Positions 1-8,040 are shown, counted from the stretch's first letter. The stretch is 32,000 nt of DNA from Nitrososphaera viennensis EN76 (GCF_000698785.1 NZ_CP007536.1:810001-842000); one strand, 5' to 3'. Numbers and translations are program-made. Notes: generated by a model from the sequence alone, not told the origin.

Positions 1-25
1 GACAAAACACTGGGAGGTGTTTAAA

Positions 26-334
26 ATGCACAACACACACGAGGAATCAAGGAACGTTCTGTTGACGGTAGTAGAAGAAGCAAAAAGAGAAGTCGATAAG
101 GAAAGGCTGCCAGTCGAGAAAAGTTCAGCAGAAGTGCCCCGAACCGCCGTTACTTTGCTGTCAAAGCTGAACGATTCTGAAAAGCATCGGGCTGCAAAGA
201 TGGCCGCCATCGCTGTAGAAGTGGACGGAGAAATCTGTTTCAGGCAGATAAATGCGATAGTGCCAGAGACAGCGAAGGTCGTACGGGACAGTACAGGCGT
301 GTTCGTAGGACTGCCGGCAGTAGTCGGCGGATAA
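26..334 (+). CDS. hypothetical protein (island gene)
   Basis: ORF track 17..334. ATG at 26 follows GGGAGGTG (12-19) by 6 nt, similar to the SD-like box spacing of the next genes. No motif recognised. Confidence 0.45.
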   Translation: MHNTHEESRNVLLTVVEEAKREVDKERLPVEKSSAEVPRTAVTLLSKLNDSEKHRAAKMAAIAVEVDGEICFRQINAIVPETAKVVRDSTGVFVGLPAVVGG

Positions 335-370
335 TCCGCAATGATGCAATTTCTGTCCGGCAACACCCCC

Positions 371-489
371 CGTTTTTTTAAAACCACTCTTTGAATGGGA
401 CGTCCAAATCGACGGTTTTCCTGGTCCCTGCCTATCGATAGTGGGCAGAGTGGAGGTGACGACGGCAACAATAGAGGAGGGAATCTAAA
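371..489 (+). promoter_or_regulatory. conserved promoter/5'-leader module, copy 1
   Basis: T-run TTTTTTTAAAA 373-383, CCACTCT 384-390, GGACGTCCA 398-406, TCCTGGTCC 419-427, GGCAGAGTGGAGG 444-456, AGGAGGGA 475-482, then 7 nt to ATG 490. Collinear with copy 2 at 1321-1426. Confidence 0.5.
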
Positions 490-1008
490 ATGACGAGCAA
501 CAAGACTGTATTCAACAATGACGACGACGGAAAGAACAAGGAAAAGAAGAAACTGAAAGAGATACCTGCAATCAGGTCAATCAACGGCAAACTGGTACCG
601 GTGATAGAAGTCTACGAAAGTTTCACAGGCTGGTACTGGTTTGTAACTGAAAGGACGCCAGACAGGGACAATCCTGACGAATGTTTTGGACTGGTCATCG
701 GTCTGGAAAAGGAATGGGGCTACATAGACCCGCCTGCCATCAAGGCAGAACTTGGCAATCTCTTCTGGAAGGTGCACCAGAGGGACGTCTGGTCGATCTC
801 GCACATAGAGATGGTCAAAGTGGAGGACTGCGCCGGCAACAGCAGTAACGACGTATGCCCGCTGTGCAACGAACCTGTAACGGAGTACCAGACAAGGTAC
901 ATCGAGAACGGAAGGATCGTCCACGAAAAATGCACTGGCGATGATGCAGAGAACAACGATGTCAAGAGCGTAGACGACCCTGTGTCTGACAACCAAGGAG
1001 CTGAATAG
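490..1008 (+). CDS. hypothetical protein with C-terminal Cys/His cluster
   Basis: 172 aa. ATG preceded by AGGAGGGA-N7. The central WYWFVTE...FGLVIGLEKEWGYI motif resembles what I recall of DUF2958-type plasmid proteins (memory only). C-terminal CPLC...HEKC. Confidence 0.6.
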   Translation: MTSNKTVFNNDDDGKNKEKKKLKEIPAIRSINGKLVPVIEVYESFTGWYWFVTERTPDRDNPDECFGLVIGLEKEWGYIDPPAIKAELGNLFWKVHQRDVWSISHIEMVKVEDCAGNSSNDVCPLCNEPVTEYQTRYIENGRIVHEKCTGDDAENNDVKSVDDPVSDNQGAE

Positions 1009-1013
1009 GGCCG

Positions 1014-1253
1014 TTGGCTGCAGGGACAGGAAGGCTTGAACTCTGGACCGACGAGCATGGCGAGCATTTTGCCATTAAGATATCCGGAGACGCAGATTTC
1101 AGAGCGGCAACGTCCAGATACGTCAAGTACGTCAGGATAGTCGACACAGGGCTTTACCTAGCTGACCAGACCTACCAATGGAAGTATACGCTGGACCAAT
1201 GGGTAAAGAACTACAAGAAAGACCTGCAAGAATCAGACGGCGACCGACAGTAG
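1014..1253 (+). CDS. small hypothetical protein, paralog of the N-terminal domain of 8268..8744
   Basis: TTG start 5 nt after the previous stop. 79 aa. Aligns by eye with the 8268 product (LW.D..G..FA...S.D.DF....WKY.L..W), roughly one third identical. Confidence 0.6.
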   Translation: MAAGTGRLELWTDEHGEHFAIKISGDADFRAATSRYVKYVRIVDTGLYLADQTYQWKYTLDQWVKNYKKDLQESDGDRQ

Positions 1254-1320
1254 TAACATCCAGAGCAGAAGGGGCCACATAATAATCGAACCGATGGCCA
1301 TCGGCAGCATCAGTTTCGTC

Positions 1321-1426
1321 TTTATTTTTTTCAAGCCACTCTCTAAGAAGGACGTCCAGGTCCTGGTCCTTTCCCTAGACGGCAGAGTGGAGGCAGCTGC
1401 AAGAAATCCAAAGGAGGGATTTGAAA
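1321..1426 (+). promoter_or_regulatory. conserved promoter/5'-leader module, copy 2
   Basis: TTTATTTTTTT 1321-1331, CCACTCT 1336-1342, GGACGTCCA 1350-1358, TCCTGGTCC 1361-1369, GGCAGAGTGGAGG 1381-1393, AGGAGGGA 1412-1419, then 7 nt to TTG 1427. Confidence 0.5.
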
Positions 1427-3709
1427 TTGTCTATAAACAACAACCGTACGAACGAAAACAAGAAAAACGCTACTGCCACAGAGGCAGTCAGGATCTACAA
1501 ACCTACGCTTCTCAAGGAGGATCCGTTGCCGCTTGACAGGGCGGAGCTCTCGTACGCAGAGAAGCTACTGCAGGCGTCAAGCAACGGTCTCATACCCGTG
1601 AAACTGGAGCAGGATGTGGTAATCCAGCGTATCTCGCACGACCTCTACGCCAATGCAGAATCTGGCTTTAGAGAGCTTTACAACAACGAAGCCAGGGCAT
1701 GCAGGATAGCAAGGAACCACTACGACGCAAGTCCAAGGATAGAGGTAACCCTCGTCCCGTCAGAAAGGAAACTGGTGATCCACGGGATAGACAGCACAGG
1801 GATGTCCCAGGAGAAATTCCTGACTGTGTACACTGTCCTTGGCAGAAGCGATAATTTCGACTCTACCGAGGTCGGACAATTCGGCATGGGGAGAGCATCG
1901 TACACATGCATGTCAGACATAATGGTGTTGGAGACGTACAGCAGGGAGACTGGGGAAAAGTACGCAGTCATGGGAAAGAACGGAATAGGCTACAACGTGC
2001 TTCCAGAGCCTGCAGACCTGAAGGAGTACGGCACCAGAATAACGCTGACCGTGCGTCAAGACATAGGCATCCTAAACCTGGTCAAGTACATGATGAAAGT
2101 GTGCATGTTTTCAGGCATTGATACCTACCTGAATCTGAAAGAAGACATCTCCACAGACGGATTGCCATCATACCGCACAGAGAAAGTCCATACCAAGGCA
2201 GGAAGGTACAGGCTCGGTACGATAACGTTTGCCGAGTACCTTGAAAACAAGGTACAGACAACTGAAACGTACAGACCACTCGTAAAGATGGTGTTCGTTG
2301 AGTCGAAAGATACTGACTTTTACCTCTATGGCATCATCGCCATAAGAAAGGGATACGACAATGACCTCGTCGCTGAAATTCCTGACAGCAGCTCTGGCGA
2401 AACGTATCTTCTTGGCACACCAATAGAAGCAGATGGGATACAGCTGCCGTTCTCCTACTGGGTGCTCAATGTAAAGGACGAAAGGAAATATCCGCCGACT
2501 GCAGACCGGGAGAGGCTAAGCGATAATGCGATCAACGCGATAGAAGACAAGGTAAAGAGCAGCCTGAAGGAAAAGCTGCAATTTCTGGACCTGAAATCCG
2601 TGCAGGACTATGTAGAATCTCCGTACAAGCCAATCTACAGAGTTTTAGAAGGGATGGGTCTTGGGGAATACCTCTCGGAATACACCATAGACCTGTGCAA
2701 GTTTGTGGAGATAGCTGTAAAAACACCGGAATATGCCGGCAGGGCAAAGATTGGAGACCTGCTTGCGCAGTCGCAGAACCTCTTCTATCTGGACAGCCTC
2801 AACGAAAACAAGATCGCCCTGATACGGTCCAAGGTGCCGGATGCCCTGGTATTCAGGCTTGGGAGCAAACAAGAGCACGAATCATCTTCCATAGACGCCT
2901 TTCAACTGTTCAGAAAATTCGGTGTAAAGTTCGGCGAGGAATTCATCCGGGAAAACAACTTGAAGACGAAAAGAAGGGAAAGGATAGTTCCTGAAGACCT
3001 TCCAGTCCACGAAGCTGGCGCAGGCTGGTACAGCTGGGGAAGATTCAGGACTGTGAAAAGGCATACGACCAGAACTGCAAGGGAAGACGTAGGCAGCGAT
3101 ACCATAAGGGTGCCTGAAGGCTCGATGAGAAAGTACCTGCGTCTTCTGTCCATGGTGCAGACAAGGTACAAGGTTGTCAGAGACGACCGAGAGCTTGACA
3201 GCAATGGCAGAGGAACAGCCCTGAAATCGTTTGTGGATGGCGTAGGTAGGAAAATGGTGCAGACAAGCGACGGCAAGATGAGGGTAACAGATACCATCAC
3301 ACGTTCAAACAAGAAGAAAGTGAAACTTGTCCTGTACAGCGACCCCTCGATAACAAGGTACACACATTCGGAAGAGCATCTGTCGATTGCAGGAGACGAT
3401 GACCTGCTCTTTGAATTGATGGCCTTCTACGAGTTTCATGGCATCGAGTACGCTGCAGACATGGATGGTTCAGAGGCACTGGCGCTTGTAGCCGGTCATG
3501 ACTTCAGAAGAGGCGAATTCATTGCAGACCCCGGCTATCCCAAGATTGGCGACGTGGAAATACTGTACAGCGTAGTCCATGCTGCAAATGCGATCAAAGA
3601 CGAAAAAATGCTGAACGTATTCCTCAACGCAGTCAGGTATTCGAAAGAAGCAACAGAAGTCAAAGAGATGAGGGAATACCTAATTTCAAAGGAGTTGGGC
3701 CACAGATGA
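1427..3709 (+). CDS. GHKL-superfamily (Hsp90/MORC/MutL-like) ATPase, large uncharacterised C-terminal region
   Basis: Bergerat-fold motifs in the translation: N-box RELYNNEARA, G1 IHGIDSTGMS, G2 GQFGMGRASY, then GTRITLTV. About 530 aa downstream are unassigned. Start set to TTG 1427 by leader alignment with ATG 490 (ORF track uses the in-frame TTG 1421). Confidence 0.8.
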   Translation: MSINNNRTNENKKNATATEAVRIYKPTLLKEDPLPLDRAELSYAEKLLQASSNGLIPVKLEQDVVIQRISHDLYANAESGFRELYNNEARACRIARNHYDASPRIEVTLVPSERKLVIHGIDSTGMSQEKFLTVYTVLGRSDNFDSTEVGQFGMGRASYTCMSDIMVLETYSRETGEKYAVMGKNGIGYNVLPEPADLKEYGTRITLTVRQDIGILNLVKYMMKVCMFSGIDTYLNLKEDISTDGLPSYRTEKVHTKAGRYRLGTITFAEYLENKVQTTETYRPLVKMVFVESKDTDFYLYGIIAIRKGYDNDLVAEIPDSSSGETYLLGTPIEADGIQLPFSYWVLNVKDERKYPPTADRERLSDNAINAIEDKVKSSLKEKLQFLDLKSVQDYVESPYKPIYRVLEGMGLGEYLSEYTIDLCKFVEIAVKTPEYAGRAKIGDLLAQSQNLFYLDSLNENKIALIRSKVPDALVFRLGSKQEHESSSIDAFQLFRKFGVKFGEEFIRENNLKTKRRERIVPEDLPVHEAGAGWYSWGRFRTVKRHTTRTAREDVGSDTIRVPEGSMRKYLRLLSMVQTRYKVVRDDRELDSNGRGTALKSFVDGVGRKMVQTSDGKMRVTDTITRSNKKKVKLVLYSDPSITRYTHSEEHLSIAGDDDLLFELMAFYEFHGIEYAADMDGSEALALVAGHDFRRGEFIADPGYPKIGDVEILYSVVHAANAIKDEKMLNVFLNAVRYSKEATEVKEMREYLISKELGHR

Positions 3710-4404
3710 CTGCCGCTGCAGCATACACCATCCTTGAGGAGCGAAAGGACATGCTTGTCCTTATCCTCAACGGCAAGGTGCAAACGGTGCCATTGACACC
3801 ATACACTGAAGTAAAGTACAAGCATTTCAACGGCAACAGGATAGCCTACAGATTCAACGAGGAAATGGAAGTACAGGAGACGTACGACGACGGCATATTC
3901 AACTGCTCCTACAAGACTGCACAGATGCAGATAAGAAAACGAGATGCGATAGCCGAAGCGATTCTGCAGCACTACAGATGCGGGTCAACGTCAACATACG
4001 AAAGACTGTTTCAACTTGAATATACGGACAGGAACTGCATTGAATTGTTGAAGTTCATGCTGGCCGGATACAGACAGAGGCTCCGCTTTGAAGAGAAAAG
4101 CAACGATGAAGCAATCCACATCGACGGCAGCTTCAAGGTGGACAGGCACGGAAACGCGTACGTAAGAGACGGCCACGAATACAGGAGAATCTGCATAGTT
4201 GTCCAGGGGAGCCTGTCTGAAACGGGCGTCGAGACTCCCATTGGAAGGATACCGCTTGACGAGACAGCTCTGACAATACTGGCAAAGACGATATTCCTGC
4301 TGAACCCAAAGCTGGAAGACGAGGTATTCAGAAGTCAGGTGCCATCACAAATACTGGCCGCACTCGAGCAGTCTAGAGGGAAGGCTGTCTCAGCCTCGCC
4401 TTAA
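3706..4404 (+). CDS. hypothetical protein, translationally coupled to the GHKL ATPase gene
   Basis: 232 aa. ATGA start/stop overlap at 3706-3709. AAGGAG lies upstream. No motif recognised. Confidence 0.65.
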   Translation: MTAAAAYTILEERKDMLVLILNGKVQTVPLTPYTEVKYKHFNGNRIAYRFNEEMEVQETYDDGIFNCSYKTAQMQIRKRDAIAEAILQHYRCGSTSTYERLFQLEYTDRNCIELLKFMLAGYRQRLRFEEKSNDEAIHIDGSFKVDRHGNAYVRDGHEYRRICIVVQGSLSETGVETPIGRIPLDETALTILAKTIFLLNPKLEDEVFRSQVPSQILAALEQSRGKAVSASP

Positions 4405-4434
4405 CTTCTTTCCGGATAAGACGATGACAGATTA

Positions 4435-4812
4435 GTGGTGGCAAATAGAATGGAAAAAGAATTGATTGACGAAGTAAGGGCCAGACTGCATGCCATGATA
4501 GACGCAGCAATAGACGAATATTCTGCGAAATTGAACAAGAGTGCAGGACAGCAGATACCAACTCCTGACGGACTTGACATCGACAAACTTCCATGGCAAA
4601 CGAGCAAGCACGGCCAGTACGAATACCTGTTTCCGTCACAGGTGCCAGACAACCTCCGAGCAGCGCTGCTAAATGGCAAAGCTCAGATCAAAGACTGCAT
4701 CCTGTATCTGACAAAGCAAGGATCCGTAAGGAGATACCACATTACAAACAACAAACAGGCTGCAAATTCAAGCGCGGCATCGACGGGTGGCGGTGGAGAT
4801 GTCAAACGATAA
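4435..4812 (+). CDS. hypothetical protein
   Basis: 125-aa ORF co-oriented in the cassette. GTG 4435 or ATG 4450 are possible starts. Gly/Ser-rich C-terminus. Confidence 0.5.
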   Translation: MVANRMEKELIDEVRARLHAMIDAAIDEYSAKLNKSAGQQIPTPDGLDIDKLPWQTSKHGQYEYLFPSQVPDNLRAALLNGKAQIKDCILYLTKQGSVRRYHITNNKQAANSSAASTGGGGDVKR

Positions 4813-5017
4813 CATCCACAAGAATACAGTGCGTCCTCCAAAAATAACGTCGGTACGAAAACTAACCCGCATACTAAACGACGCCATGAGAAACGGTGAG
4901 AAAGAGCTGGTCAAAGAAACGGTCCTTGAAAATACGGAGACTGCGAAGAAAGCAATCCCGTACCTGAACATGAAGTACAGACACTACGTAAGAAAGGTTT
5001 TGGAAGGTTCCGGGTAA
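4799..5017 (+). CDS. small basic hypothetical protein
   Basis: ORF track 4787..5017. ATG 4799 overlaps the previous stop (4810-4812), giving 72 aa, Lys/Arg-rich. Confidence 0.4.
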   Translation: MSNDNIHKNTVRPPKITSVRKLTRILNDAMRNGEKELVKETVLENTETAKKAIPYLNMKYRHYVRKVLEGSG

Positions 5018-5344
5018 TCCCGTTCGGTCGAAAACCCCGATTCTGGACTTTTCGGTCCAACGTCTTCCAGGGCAAATCCCCTGACGATGGTGCTCCTACC
5101 AAGCACCTGCTCAGCAATACTTGCTGGGTTGGCCCGTCCTGCCCAAATCCTTAACCGGATACATGGGACTGGCCGAAACCTAGGGACAGACTACGTCCCT
5201 ATGGTCGGGATAGTCAACAGCTACTACGGATTCTGATACAGTAGCAATGCCGTCATAAATTACATTTTACACCAGTAACTCGGGCAAATCTTGGTTTTCC
5301 ATGCCGACTGTTATTTTCGGGTGACGACTCGATAATATGGGGTA

Positions 5345-5350
5345 TTTATA
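5345..5350 (+). promoter_or_regulatory. TATA box of the TRAM gene
   Basis: TTTATA 27 nt upstream of ATG 5377, consistent with a leaderless or very short-leader archaeal transcript. Confidence 0.5.
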
Positions 5351-5376
5351 GAAGAAACCACTTCTGTGTGGTTACA

Positions 5377-5619
5377 ATGAGCTACGGAGAAAGAAGGGGC
5401 GGCGGAGGCGGCTTTGAAAGGCGCGGCTTCGGTGGCCCGAAACCAGTTGAAGAAGGCAAAGAGTACGACGTTGAGGTGACAGAAGTCAGTCGACAAGGCG
5501 ACGGTATTGCAAGGATCCAAGGCTTTGTGATATTCGTCAAAGGCGCCAAGGTGGGCGACAAGTGCAAAGTCAAGATTAAAAGTGTTGGTCCAAGGTTCGC
5601 CACGGCAGAAAAAGTCTAA
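5377..5619 (+). CDS. TRAM domain protein with N-terminal RGG/GGF low-complexity tail
   Basis: EYDVEVTEVSRQGDGIARIQGFVIFVKGAKVGDKCKVKIKSV is the typical small archaeal TRAM barrel pattern. N-terminus reads ERRGGGGGFERRGFGG. ATG 5377 chosen over GTG 5368 because of the TATA distance. Confidence 0.85.
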   Translation: MSYGERRGGGGGFERRGFGGPKPVEEGKEYDVEVTEVSRQGDGIARIQGFVIFVKGAKVGDKCKVKIKSVGPRFATAEKV

Positions 5620-5938
5620 GCTATACAATCGCGGAGCCTAGCTCCGATTCATTTTATCCGACTTTGTCATCCGACGGCCGTCTGAAGTCATCATCTTGCG
5701 GCATTCTTGCCTTTCTGTCCATTTCTTTTGATCGAATCTAGTGCAGTCCTTCTTATCGACAATCTTCGATTCGTCGTAACGCAGCCGTATCGTCATAATG
5801 CAGCCTACATCATCCGTTTTCCCCGCATTATTCATTTTCATGTCCAATTTTCTTTTACCTTATCATACATTTTCTGCTCTTTGCGCAAGCCTGTAAGTAA
5901 GGTTCCCGACTTCACAGTTCAACCAATCATCAAACGCT

Positions 5939-6334
5939 TCATTCAAAATCTGTCTTTACAAGCTGTGTAATACCCGTTATCGCTCCGCACAATTGCTGAT
6001 GCTTTTTCTTCATGGCCCTCAACCTCTTTTTCAAATTGCTCATCTTGCAATGGTAGTTGTTGTAGTGGTTTACATCAGCCTTTTCCTTACCCAAGTATAT
6101 CATCTCGACCTTTCTAGCAGAAACCCTTCTCTCAAGGTAATAGTATGGCCCATGCCCTTTCTTTGTCCTTGCGCAGTAACAGTTTGGACTTCCGCACCTG
6201 ATAAACCGCACCTGTATCGAGCCGCCATATTGCACAGACAGCTCGTCGACCTCTTTCTGCACCTGCTTGATCTGCTCTGCAAGAACTTTTTCTTCCTTAA
6301 TCATTCTGCCCAGCTGCGAGCATAAAGAGTCCAT
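5939..6334 (-). CDS. DUF6788-like small protein
   Basis: RCGSPNCYCARTKKGHGPYYYL motif (Cys cluster followed by HGPY) flanked by coiled-coil segments. From memory this family is often found near mobile elements. Confidence 0.65.
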   Translation of the reverse strand: MDSLCSQLGRMIKEEKVLAEQIKQVQKEVDELSVQYGGSIQVRFIRCGSPNCYCARTKKGHGPYYYLERRVSARKVEMIYLGKEKADVNHYNNYHCKMSNLKKRLRAMKKKHQQLCGAITGITQLVKTDFE

Positions 6335-6637
6335 CTGTTAGTGCGCATTTTCAAAGTTGATAAGGTGCCTAGCGCTCCATCGGTTCAAAGTGGCTGAGCA
6401 ACCTTTTGGTCTTCAGCATTTGCCGGTAGTTTGCTGTTCCCTCCAAATCAGAATCCATCAGAGATCTTGTAGTGGTAGAAGCACGAGAACATGATCTAAC
6501 GGTTGACACAGAGGAACAATTTTGAACGAACGTCTACTGCATGTCTATAGCGAGGATTTTTTTCCGTCTTAAACTTACTGTAAACCGATGAATGCAGATT
6601 GTCTGAAATTGACCGTCCATGTTCTAGCAGCAACAAT

Positions 6638-6736
6638 ATGTGCATTCACTGTAAAGCCCGATGTGCAGAGATATTCCAGGTCAATGGCAATTTCTGTCTG
6701 GACTGTTGGCAAGAGTTGACGCATCCAGATGTCTGA
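6638..6736 (+). CDS. candidate 32-aa zinc-ribbon mini-protein (below ORF-track cutoff)
   Basis: Manual translation MCIHCKARCAEIFQVNGNFCLDCWQELTHPDV has a CxxC...CxxC pair. An in-frame TTG 6599 is an alternative start. No clear promoter. Confidence 0.3.
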   Translation: MCIHCKARCAEIFQVNGNFCLDCWQELTHPDV

Positions 6737-6801
6737 TTTACATAGCCGACAGCATCGCACCACATGCCTTTCTCGCTTTTTACCTTTGCAAATGGTAATG
6801 G

Positions 6802-7545
6802 TTGTTGCTGTCCATTCTCTTTGTAAGAGAAATCCTGTGCCTTGCAATGCTCTCTATCGGGTCCTATTACGATCTCAAAACAAGAGAGGTCAACGATAGA
6901 TTATGGATGGTTTTTGGCGGCGCAGGGTTGGTTCTCTATGCATGGGAATACGCGTCTGGAGTAACGGCCGACGTGCAGATGATTCTGGTCTCTGTATCTC
7001 TGACTGCTGCGATTGCAATCGCTCTGTACAGGTATGGTTTCTTTGGCGGCGCAGATGCTAAAGCGCTTGTGGCCGTTTCCGTGATTCTGCCTGTTTATCA
7101 TCTGTTGATGTCTTCCTTCTATGTGCATCCGCTAACAGGGATAACGGTACTGACAAATGCTGTGCTCTTTGCTCTGGTGGTGCCTCTGTACAATGCACTG
7201 AGCAACCTGATAAAGGTGGCAAGGGGGGAGAGGATTTTCGAAGGTTTTGACGAGCCCACGTGGAAAAAGATACTGGCATGCTTTGTAGGCACTCCGTCGA
7301 GTAGGCCGATACGTCATCATTTGGTGATCGAGTGCTCGGCAGGTGAAGGGAAAAAGAGGTTTTCTTTCCGCTTAAACTGTGATGAAGATGATAGCGACAG
7401 CAAAGGGTCCTGCTGTGCCGAGTCTTCTGTAGGCGGTCGGACATGGCTGTCCCAGAACCTGCCGTTCTTGGTATTCATTCTCGCAGGATTTCTTGTTACG
7501 ATGCTATTTGGAGACATGCTGCTGTTGATGCTACAGCACCAATGA
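6802..7545 (+). CDS. A24-family prepilin/prearchaellin signal peptidase (PibD/FlaK-like)
   Basis: Polytopic membrane protein with both aspartyl motifs: DLKTREVND and GFFGGADAKAL (GxGD-like). TTG start is needed to provide the first TM helix. Confidence 0.8.
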   Translation: MLLSILFVREILCLAMLSIGSYYDLKTREVNDRLWMVFGGAGLVLYAWEYASGVTADVQMILVSVSLTAAIAIALYRYGFFGGADAKALVAVSVILPVYHLLMSSFYVHPLTGITVLTNAVLFALVVPLYNALSNLIKVARGERIFEGFDEPTWKKILACFVGTPSSRPIRHHLVIECSAGEGKKRFSFRLNCDEDDSDSKGSCCAESSVGGRTWLSQNLPFLVFILAGFLVTMLFGDMLLLMLQHQ

Positions 7546-7604
7546 ATCTGCCGAGTATCATAACAATTTGAAAGCAACCAAAGTTGGCGGCATCTTCTCA
7601 AATC

Positions 7605-7757
7605 CTATTTCTTGCCATCTTTTGCTGTCTCGGCTTCTTTCAGTTGTTTTAGTGCAAAGTTTATCGCATGCGAGTAGCTGCCAAACCTCAATCTCTCGAT
7701 CTCTTTTGTGACCCATTGGTACAGCTCGTCTTCCAGCGTTATCTGCAATCGCTTCAT
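7605..7757 (-). CDS. ribbon-helix-helix (CopG/Arc/MetJ-type) DNA-binding protein
   Basis: MKRLQITLEDELYQWVTKEIERLRFGSYSHAINFALKQL shows the beta-strand plus two helices pattern. ORF track extends to 7895 through the AT-rich intergenic region, so the start was trimmed to ATG 7757. Confidence 0.7.
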   Translation of the reverse strand: MKRLQITLEDELYQWVTKEIERLRFGSYSHAINFALKQLKEAETAKDGKK

Positions 7758-7860
7758 CTCTTCTATCGCTCTGTGTATGTTTGTGTATAGTTGTATCATA
7801 AAGACATTGTTATACACAATCTTTATATTATACAGCAAATGTGTAGGATTGTGTATTGAT
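7758..7860. promoter_or_regulatory. divergent promoter/operator region between two RHH genes
   Basis: About 28% GC. TGTGTAT occurs at 7772-7778, 7782-7788 and 7850-7856, inverted as ATACACA at 7812-7818, and as TGTGTAG at 7840-7846. TTGTGTATA/TATACACAA form an inverted pair. TTTATATTA lies about 30 nt before ATG 7861. Confidence 0.55.
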
Positions 7861-8040
7861 ATGCCTAGAATTAACCTGACTGTGGATAATGACAATTACC
7901 AATTCTTGAAACAGATGAAGGATTCCGGTAAGGCTGCATCATTGAGTCATGCAGTGAGGCTGGCTATCCAAGAATACCGTACACTGCACGGAAAGCCAAG
8001 GTCAAGAAAAAGGGGATCGGTAAAAGATGACGGACGTTAA
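7861..8040 (+). CDS. ribbon-helix-helix DNA-binding protein
   Basis: MPRINLTVDNDNYQFLKQMKD...ASLSHAVRLAIQEY followed by a basic tail. ORF track start 7708 lies inside the opposite gene, so the start was trimmed to ATG 7861. Confidence 0.7.
   Translation: MPRINLTVDNDNYQFLKQMKDSGKAASLSHAVRLAIQEYRTLHGKPRSRKRGSVKDDGR

Noticed and set aside
1294-1536. 80-aa ORF spanning leader copy 2 and the start of the GHKL gene.
   Set aside because: It covers the conserved non-coding leader, whose other copy has no equivalent ORF, and is out of frame with the well-supported ATPase gene.
5188-5215. Possible degenerate copy of the tRNA-Leu 3' half (ACG-TCCCTATGG-TCGGGATAG versus ACGGACCCCTGAGGGACGGGATAA) that could mark the distal att site of the integrase element.
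   Set aside because: Identity is only about 55% and needs three gaps. The longest exact block is 7 nt, which is expected by chance several times in the window.
5638-5970. Competing ORFs 5638..5847 (minus, 69 aa, highly charged) and 5707..5970 (plus, 87 aa).
   Set aside because: They overlap on opposite strands. The plus ORF also runs into the DUF6788-like gene end. Neither has motifs or convincing promoter spacing, so I could not choose between them.
6575-6847. 90-aa minus-strand ORF overlapping the start of the peptidase gene.
   Set aside because: It overlaps the peptidase N-terminus, has no motifs, and is antisense to the more plausible zinc-ribbon mini-ORF.
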